Below are positions 58,423 to 64,000 of a DNA stretch of 64,000 bases, piece after piece (position 1 is the stretch's first letter; each line of letters opens with the position of its first letter). A model generated the notes under the pieces. That model had not been told where the DNA came from, made no database searches, and was given only the letters and a program-made list of their open reading frames with translations. A program made the position numbers and the translations under genes. Source of the DNA: a virus (Duplodnaviria > Caudoviricetes); IMG/VR virus record IMGVR_UViG_3300017912_001009, positions 1 to 64,000 of that record. One strand, 5' to 3'.

Positions 58423-58534
58423 AGAGATTGGAAGATGTGCAGGTTGTGGAAGGATGGGAGTTCTGTGGAAGTCCTTCACTGGAAGGGGTGTCTTCTGCAA
58501 AGCATGTTCCAAGAAAGAGTATGTAGGTGAGTGA
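58415..58534 (+). CDS. Small zinc-finger peptide (~39 aa; not in track)
   Basis: MSKEIGRCAGCG...FCKACSKKEYVGE. Confidence 0.5.
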   Translation: MSKEIGRCAGCGRMGVLWKSFTGRGVFCKACSKKEYVGE

Positions 58535-58536
58535 AA

Positions 58537-59685
58537 ATGGATATACCAAGAGAAGCAATAGAATTGACAATGGAAAGAGAAGACTACGTTACAGCGAAGA
58601 GAGAACTAGGAAATGGTAGGTGGGATAGGAAACTGAGGGAGAACATGGTTGCTCTTTCAGTTGCTGATAACTACGATGAAGCAAAGCATGAGTGGATTGC
58701 AACAGGGGAAGTTTGGTGGCAAGGGATTGGGACTCCAAGACCTGATTGGGCATTGGACCATCCTAACAAGTGCTTGTGTGAGCATCACATAGTTTACCAC
58801 TTTGAGATTCACAATACCGAGACTGATGTTAGAGAGTGTGTTGGTTCAGACCACATCAACTCGTACATGATTCTCAGGGCTATTGTTGAAGAGACAGGCA
58901 TGAGTGAAGATGCGATTACTGAAGACATGATTCAAGAATGGATTGATGTTAGGGTAGCCGCTCTAATCAAGGATGCTTGGTGGAGACATAATGGTGAAGA
59001 CTTTGAGAAGGCATTCAACGAGGTTAAGGAACTTGATTTGAGAATTAACGTTCGTAGAACTGGCAAGAAGGTGTATGACCAATCTCTAGGGATTGCGGTT
59101 GATGAGACCAAGATTCGCAAGAAAGGTAGAGGCACTCCCGGCACAAGAGAGTACGAGATGGCTTCTATCGTTTGGAGATGGAATCATCCTGATAACCCGA
59201 AGGCTCAGATTAACACAAGGGGATATCCCAACGACAAACTGCTGACAGACTTGGATATCTTTCACATATTGATAGACAGACACAAGGCTACTGTCGCAGC
59301 AGAGGATGAAGCGATGGAGTCTCAGAAGTTGAAGAACGAAGAGTATCGAAAGCAGATTTCAATCAGGAACAGTGTCCTTCGTGAGAAGAAGGAACATGAG
59401 TTCCGTGAGTCCTGTGAGTATTTCGACATTCCAGTATTCTCCTCTGACATGGGTATCAATCAATGGGAGAAGAGGTTCTTGACTGACATGGAAAGCAGAG
59501 TAATCAGGCGGAGAGAACTGTCACCACGACAAGTTTCTAAATTGAAGACCATAATCAGTCGCTACAATGATAAGCCAACTGAACGTCAGGTGAATTACCT
59601 GCGCTCATTGGGCTACGAAGGTAATACTGAGGGGTTGACGAAGGGAGAGGTCTCTAAGTTGATTGATGAACAAAAGGAGGTATGA
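58537..59685 (+). CDS. Conserved-looking viral protein with C/H zinc motif and C-terminal PTERQ..YL..L...LTKGEVS.LID motif (~382 aa)
   Basis: CLCEHHI...CVGSDHI; ATG follows GGTGAG. Confidence 0.65.
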   Translation: MDIPREAIELTMEREDYVTAKRELGNGRWDRKLRENMVALSVADNYDEAKHEWIATGEVWWQGIGTPRPDWALDHPNKCLCEHHIVYHFEIHNTETDVRECVGSDHINSYMILRAIVEETGMSEDAITEDMIQEWIDVRVAALIKDAWWRHNGEDFEKAFNEVKELDLRINVRRTGKKVYDQSLGIAVDETKIRKKGRGTPGTREYEMASIVWRWNHPDNPKAQINTRGYPNDKLLTDLDIFHILIDRHKATVAAEDEAMESQKLKNEEYRKQISIRNSVLREKKEHEFRESCEYFDIPVFSSDMGINQWEKRFLTDMESRVIRRRELSPRQVSKLKTIISRYNDKPTERQVNYLRSLGYEGNTEGLTKGEVSKLIDEQKEV

Positions 59686-59885
59686 AAATGACAAAGAAAA
59701 GTGAAAAGAAAGAAACGAAAGAAGAAACGCCTGTGGTTGATGAGAAGGATGCAAGAATTGCAGACCTCACCACTCAACTACAACAGGTGATGCAGGTAGC
59801 AAACAACCATATTGCTCTCTGCAAAGAATATGAAAAGACAATCGCTATTCTGTCCGGTAGAATCCGGGCTTTGAATGGTGATTAA
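59682..59885 (+). CDS. Coiled-coil protein (67 aa)
   Basis: GGAGG RBS. Confidence 0.6.
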   Translation: MKMTKKSEKKETKEETPVVDEKDARIADLTTQLQQVMQVANNHIALCKEYEKTIAILSGRIRALNGD

Positions 59886-59911
59886 AACTGAATGAAAAAA
59901 ACAAAGGAGAA

Positions 59912-60118
59912 ATGAAAATGAAATTGATAATACAGAATGAAACAGGCCATACAACAATGGAAGTGAACGCATCAGGCGTTATCGAGCAGATAAACGACCA
60001 CCCTACACATTGGGTGATTGTTGATGACGTTATGGTGATGAGGGAGAACATCCCTGATGTTGATTGGGAAACCGTCAATGAAGTTAGGCTGATGGAAGAA
60101 GTCGTAGGCGGCTACTGA
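59912..60118 (+). CDS. Hypothetical protein (68 aa)
   Basis: GGAGA RBS. Confidence 0.6.
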   Translation: MKMKLIIQNETGHTTMEVNASGVIEQINDHPTHWVIVDDVMVMRENIPDVDWETVNEVRLMEEVVGGY

Positions 60119-60202
60119 ATCGGTCTTAGATAGTCTTAGCAGTAGTTAGATTGACTGCCGAGTGGGTGCAATGCCCATCTTAAACTCAAAGGAGATGAAC
60201 AT

Positions 60203-62104
60203 ATGGAAATACAACAAGAAATACTATCAGATATCACTGTGCATATGAAGTATGCAAAGTGGAAAGAAGCAGAACAAAGAAAAGAAACATGGGAGGAGAT
60301 TTGCAACAGAAACAGGCAAATGCACCTCGACACAATAGCAAGGAGAGAACTTACACAATCAAGCAATGCTCTTGGGAAGGATGTACTCATTGAGAGAATC
60401 AATGATGTCTATGACAACTACGTTATCCCGAAGAAGGTACTACCTTCAATGAGGTCAATGCAGTTTGCAGGAAAGCCAATTGAACTATCGCCTAATCGTG
60501 TTTACAATTGTGCTTACATGCCTATTGACCACTATCTGTCGTTCTCAGAAGCAATGTTCCTATTGCTAGGAGGCACAGGTGTTGGCTACTCGGTTCAAAG
60601 ACATCATGTAGAGAAGTTGCCTGAGATTAGACTACCTAACCCAAAGAGAACTTACAGACATCTAGTTGCTGATTCCATCGAAGGATGGGCAGATGCAGTC
60701 AAGGTTTTGTTTGAGTCTTACATTGGTAAGAGAGCAACAACAGTCAGATTCGACTATTCAGACATCAGACCAAAAGGTGCGTTGTTGAAGACTAGTGGTG
60801 GTAAAGCACCCGGCCCTCAACCACTTAGAGAATGTCTAGTTAAGGTGGAAGGTATTCTTGCTAACAAAGACAATGGAGACAAACTAACTACACTGGAAGC
60901 ACACGATATTGTTTGTTATATTGCAGACGCAGTATTAGCAGGTGGCATTCGTAGAGCAGCACTAATTAGTTTGTTCAGTGCTGATGATGATGACATGATA
61001 ACATCGAAGTCAGGACACTTTTGGGAGAAGAATCCACAGAGAGCAAGAGCAAACAACTCAGTGGTTCTACTACGTCACAGAATCAAGAGGGACTTCTTCA
61101 ACAATCTATGGAAGAGAGTTCAAGACTCAGGTTCAGGAGAACCGGGTTTCTACTTCACGAATGACAAGGATTGGGGAACTAACCCTTGTTGTGAGATAGC
61201 ACTTAGACCATATCAGTTCTGTAACTTGACAGAAGTGAATGTGTCTGATGTTAGGACACAGAAGGAACTCAATGCTAGAGTTAACGCTGCAACCTTCTTA
61301 GGAACACTACAAGCATCCTATACAGACTTCCACTATCTAAGGGAAGTTTGGAAGAAGACATCTGAGAAAGATGCCCTGTTAGGGGTTTCAATGACAGGCA
61401 TTGCAAGTGGAGCAGTATTGAATCTAGACTTAGAGGCGGCTGCTGAGAAAGCAAGAAGCGTGAATGGAGTGATTTCAAATGCTCTAGGTATTAACACAGC
61501 AGCGAGAATTACTTGTGTCAAACCTGCTGGAACTACTAGTCTAGTTATGGGAACATCATCAGGCATTCATGCTTGGTGGTCTCAATACTACATCAGGAGA
61601 ATCAGAGTGTTGAAGACTGAATCAATCTACAACTATCTGATAACCAAGTTCCCTGATTTGGTTGAGGATGACTATCACAATCCTAATCAGGCCATTATCT
61701 CAATTCCTCAGAAGACTCCCGATGGAACTTCAATAACGAGAGAGGAAACAGCATTAGAGATGTTGGAGCGAGTTAAGAGAGTATCAGTTGATTGGGTTGT
61801 AACAGGACACAATAGAGGAGTTAACACTCACAACGTTTCTGCAACAGTCAACATCCGTGAGGATGAATGGGATGATGTGAGAAACTGGATGTGGAAGAAC
61901 AGAGACTTCTACAATGGTCTTTCTGTTCTACCGTTCGATGGTGGTGTCTACAAGCAAGCACCACACGAACCGATAAGCAAGAAGCAATACGAAACTATGC
62001 TCAAACTTCTGACTGAAATTGATTTGACTGAAGTTATTGAGTTAGAGGACAACACCGACTTGCAAGGAGAACTTGCTTGTGCAGGTGGAGTCTGTGAAAT
62101 ATGA
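60203..62104 (+). CDS. nrdJ: Class II (B12-dependent, monomeric-type) ribonucleotide reductase (633 aa)
   Basis: VYNCAY, GTGVG, AGGIRRAA, TNPCCEI, CNLTE, CVKPAGTTS, C-terminal CAGGVCEI. Confidence 0.9.
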   Translation: MEIQQEILSDITVHMKYAKWKEAEQRKETWEEICNRNRQMHLDTIARRELTQSSNALGKDVLIERINDVYDNYVIPKKVLPSMRSMQFAGKPIELSPNRVYNCAYMPIDHYLSFSEAMFLLLGGTGVGYSVQRHHVEKLPEIRLPNPKRTYRHLVADSIEGWADAVKVLFESYIGKRATTVRFDYSDIRPKGALLKTSGGKAPGPQPLRECLVKVEGILANKDNGDKLTTLEAHDIVCYIADAVLAGGIRRAALISLFSADDDDMITSKSGHFWEKNPQRARANNSVVLLRHRIKRDFFNNLWKRVQDSGSGEPGFYFTNDKDWGTNPCCEIALRPYQFCNLTEVNVSDVRTQKELNARVNAATFLGTLQASYTDFHYLREVWKKTSEKDALLGVSMTGIASGAVLNLDLEAAAEKARSVNGVISNALGINTAARITCVKPAGTTSLVMGTSSGIHAWWSQYYIRRIRVLKTESIYNYLITKFPDLVEDDYHNPNQAIISIPQKTPDGTSITREETALEMLERVKRVSVDWVVTGHNRGVNTHNVSATVNIREDEWDDVRNWMWKNRDFYNGLSVLPFDGGVYKQAPHEPISKKQYETMLKLLTEIDLTEVIELEDNTDLQGELACAGGVCEI

Positions 62105-62382
62105 ATAGAGAACAAATTCTAGCAATAGAAGATGAGGTCATCGATGGGATGACTAACGCTGGTGCTAAAGAGAGTCTCTCTGCTCTATACAAGAGGACTA
62201 GGAAAGATGGGAGAAGATATCCATCAACCCTAGTTCTCAACAGAATCAGATACTATATGCGTTTAGGATATAGTAATTTAACAACAGAGGAATTGGAATC
62301 CCTGTATGATAAGAAAATGTATTATGAAAGAAATGGTGATATAAATGAAAATAAAGATGATTTTACCCACAGTAAGAAGTGA
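62101..62382 (+). CDS. Hypothetical protein (93 aa)
   Basis: ATGA coupling. Confidence 0.55.
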   Translation: MNREQILAIEDEVIDGMTNAGAKESLSALYKRTRKDGRRYPSTLVLNRIRYYMRLGYSNLTTEELESLYDKKMYYERNGDINENKDDFTHSKK

Positions 62383-63568
62383 CAGAGAAAGAGTAACACA
62401 GAGTAGTTCATTCTTGTGTAAAACAAATAGAGTGTTTAGGGGCTTCAATAGAAGCCGAAATCAATTCGGTGAGATTGAGATGAACATGGGCTATTCTTCA
62501 AACAGTAAGAGAAAGTTCCATGAGAATGTGTATTGGAACACGTTCGCACAGAACATGTATTCTGTATTTGTTCAGAATCATAGTGTCAGTAAGTCAAACG
62601 AGATGACTTGGATTACCTTCCGATATTACAACGGTGATTCAAGCATTATGCTGAGAAAGGATGGTAATTCTCTATACATGAATGGTGTCAAGAAGAATCA
62701 AGTCGATGTTGCTATGGCTCTTGCCAAGATAATAGGATTCGGTGCTATCAATCGATGTGCTGATGCTATGGATAACTACATCGATAGAAATGTCACATAC
62801 TCGTCAAACATACTCTACTCATTGGAGAACAGAACACCGTATTGGTTGTTTGAAGATGGAAGAAAGGTGCAAGTCAAGATAAACACATCTCTGATAGGTA
62901 GAGATGAAGTTGCCTTTGAGATATCTGAGAACATTTGGGGTTCTCTTTCTCTCGATGAGGCAAACACCTTCATTGACTGTTACAGAAACAAGGCAAAGAG
63001 GTCAAAGAAGTGGGCAAATATCAGTCCATCCAATCTTTGGTTCAATATGTTTGGCACACATGCTACTGATTCACAGGAGCAGTTGATGAAAGCATGGTTG
63101 ATGCAGAACAGAACAGATTGGATTGTTGAGGAAAGAGCATTCAAACTATTGAAGGAAATGGATGAGAAAGACCAGTATACTCTTGTGGACACAAGGAAGT
63201 TGTTGAAACATGCAGATGGTGGTATTGAATTGAATGGACTATCAACACAACATAACTTTGCCATGCATGTTAGAGGAGAGTTGGGAGACTGGTTAGTTTA
63301 CCCCAACAACAGAACAACTGGTTCACAGAGATGCAGTGTTGTCTTCTTCAAGAAGATGAATTCGATTGACGGCCCTTTCTGTATTGATGATGTCAATGGA
63401 AAGAACGTCATGGGAGACCAAATTGCAACAAGAGCAACATTGGTATTCAATGACAGGGTGGGAACAAAGATAGTGAGAACATTGCACTCTGTCAGCCCAA
63501 CTGGTTTCAGAGTACCAAATAACATCTTGAGAAACAGTAGATTCACGGAGGAGATAACATGGAAGTAG
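62345..63568 (+). CDS. Hypothetical protein (407 aa)
   Basis: GGTGA RBS; long ORF. Confidence 0.7.
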   Translation: MKIKMILPTVRSDRERVTQSSSFLCKTNRVFRGFNRSRNQFGEIEMNMGYSSNSKRKFHENVYWNTFAQNMYSVFVQNHSVSKSNEMTWITFRYYNGDSSIMLRKDGNSLYMNGVKKNQVDVAMALAKIIGFGAINRCADAMDNYIDRNVTYSSNILYSLENRTPYWLFEDGRKVQVKINTSLIGRDEVAFEISENIWGSLSLDEANTFIDCYRNKAKRSKKWANISPSNLWFNMFGTHATDSQEQLMKAWLMQNRTDWIVEERAFKLLKEMDEKDQYTLVDTRKLLKHADGGIELNGLSTQHNFAMHVRGELGDWLVYPNNRTTGSQRCSVVFFKKMNSIDGPFCIDDVNGKNVMGDQIATRATLVFNDRVGTKIVRTLHSVSPTGFRVPNNILRNSRFTEEITWK

Positions 63569-64000
63569 CGATGAAATGTCCTGAATGCTCTGAGTATGAC
63601 TGGTCATTCGATGACTCCTTGGGAGAGAACGTTTGTGACCACTGTGGGTTAGTTCATGTTGTAAGACCGTTTGAGGAGACAACTAGAAAGGCAGACACTT
63701 ACGAAGTGTCATCACATCTAGGCTCTATGATTATCGAGAGGAACTCAAACTACAAAACAGGACAACTGCATAGAATGAAGAAACATCACATGTTTGCAGC
63801 GATGTTATCTGAAACTGATAGGAGAACGATTACTCTATGTAACATGATTCTATCTAATTACAGTGTAAGCAAATCAATTAGAAACAATGTAGGTGTGTAT
63901 CTAAGGTCATTAAATGCAGAGCATGTATTCAGAGGATGTAGTGTAGAACACAGGGCTGCTGCACTCTCCTTCTATATTCTAAAAGAGAGTAACATACCAA
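63559..64000 (+). CDS. tfb: Virus-encoded transcription factor B (TFB/TFIIB) homologue, partial (not in track)
   Basis: Hand translation is open to the window edge: Zn ribbon CPEC...GENVCDHCGLV and cyclin-repeat FRGCSVEHRAAALSFYI; GGAGG RBS. Confidence 0.75.
   Translation, partial: MEVAMKCPECSEYDWSFDDSLGENVCDHCGLVHVVRPFEETTRKADTYEVSSHLGSMIIERNSNYKTGQLHRMKKHHMFAAMLSETDRRTITLCNMILSNYSVSKSIRNNVGVYLRSLNAEHVFRGCSVEHRAAALSFYILKESNIP

Noticed and set aside
60120-60195. Canonical tRNA or cobalamin riboswitch upstream of nrdJ
   Set aside because: No D arm, 7-bp acceptor stem or TTCRA loop, and no B12-box or GGGAA/GCCACTG elements; kept only as a low-interest structured element.

Overview
This window is most of the genome of a tailed dsDNA archaeal virus (HK97-fold capsid, siphovirus-like tail, no sheath gene seen). 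An archaeal host is supported by a virus-encoded TFB homologue and by GGTGA/GGAGG ribosome-binding motifs before many genes. A Poseidoniales 'magrovirus' affinity is inference from gene content only. Positions 1-51.5 kb form an almost continuous minus-strand morphogenesis region. In transcription order it holds a terminase-small-like gene, large hypothetical genes, terL, a LAGLIDADG protein, portal, many small genes, an ATP-dependent ligase, prohead protease, MCP, a membrane/GTPase block, head-tail connectors, tail tube, a frameshifted tail chaperone, tape measure protein and very large tail/fibre proteins. Positions 51.6-55.3 kb hold small acidic genes interspersed with a repeated palindromic regulatory cassette. 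Positions 55.3-55.8 kb are an AT-rich strand-switch region that looks like an origin. From 55.8 kb, plus-strand genes include Nmad1, a pyrimidine-dimer glycosylase, class II RNR and TFB. Three observations stand out. (1) About 15 unrelated proteins around terL/portal carry a W-x-x-x-[LI]-K peptide, also found at domain junctions and in the prohead protease itself; it is a candidate capsid-targeting/processing signal for a large cargo set (GNATs, a PAP2 phosphatase, basic DNA-binding modules, possibly the ligase). (2) An Arf/Sar1-like small GTPase is encoded with membrane proteins inside the virion gene block. (3) A ~560-nt intergenic region is densely base-paired and looks like a large structured ncRNA. 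All family calls come from reading motifs by eye; no searches were run.
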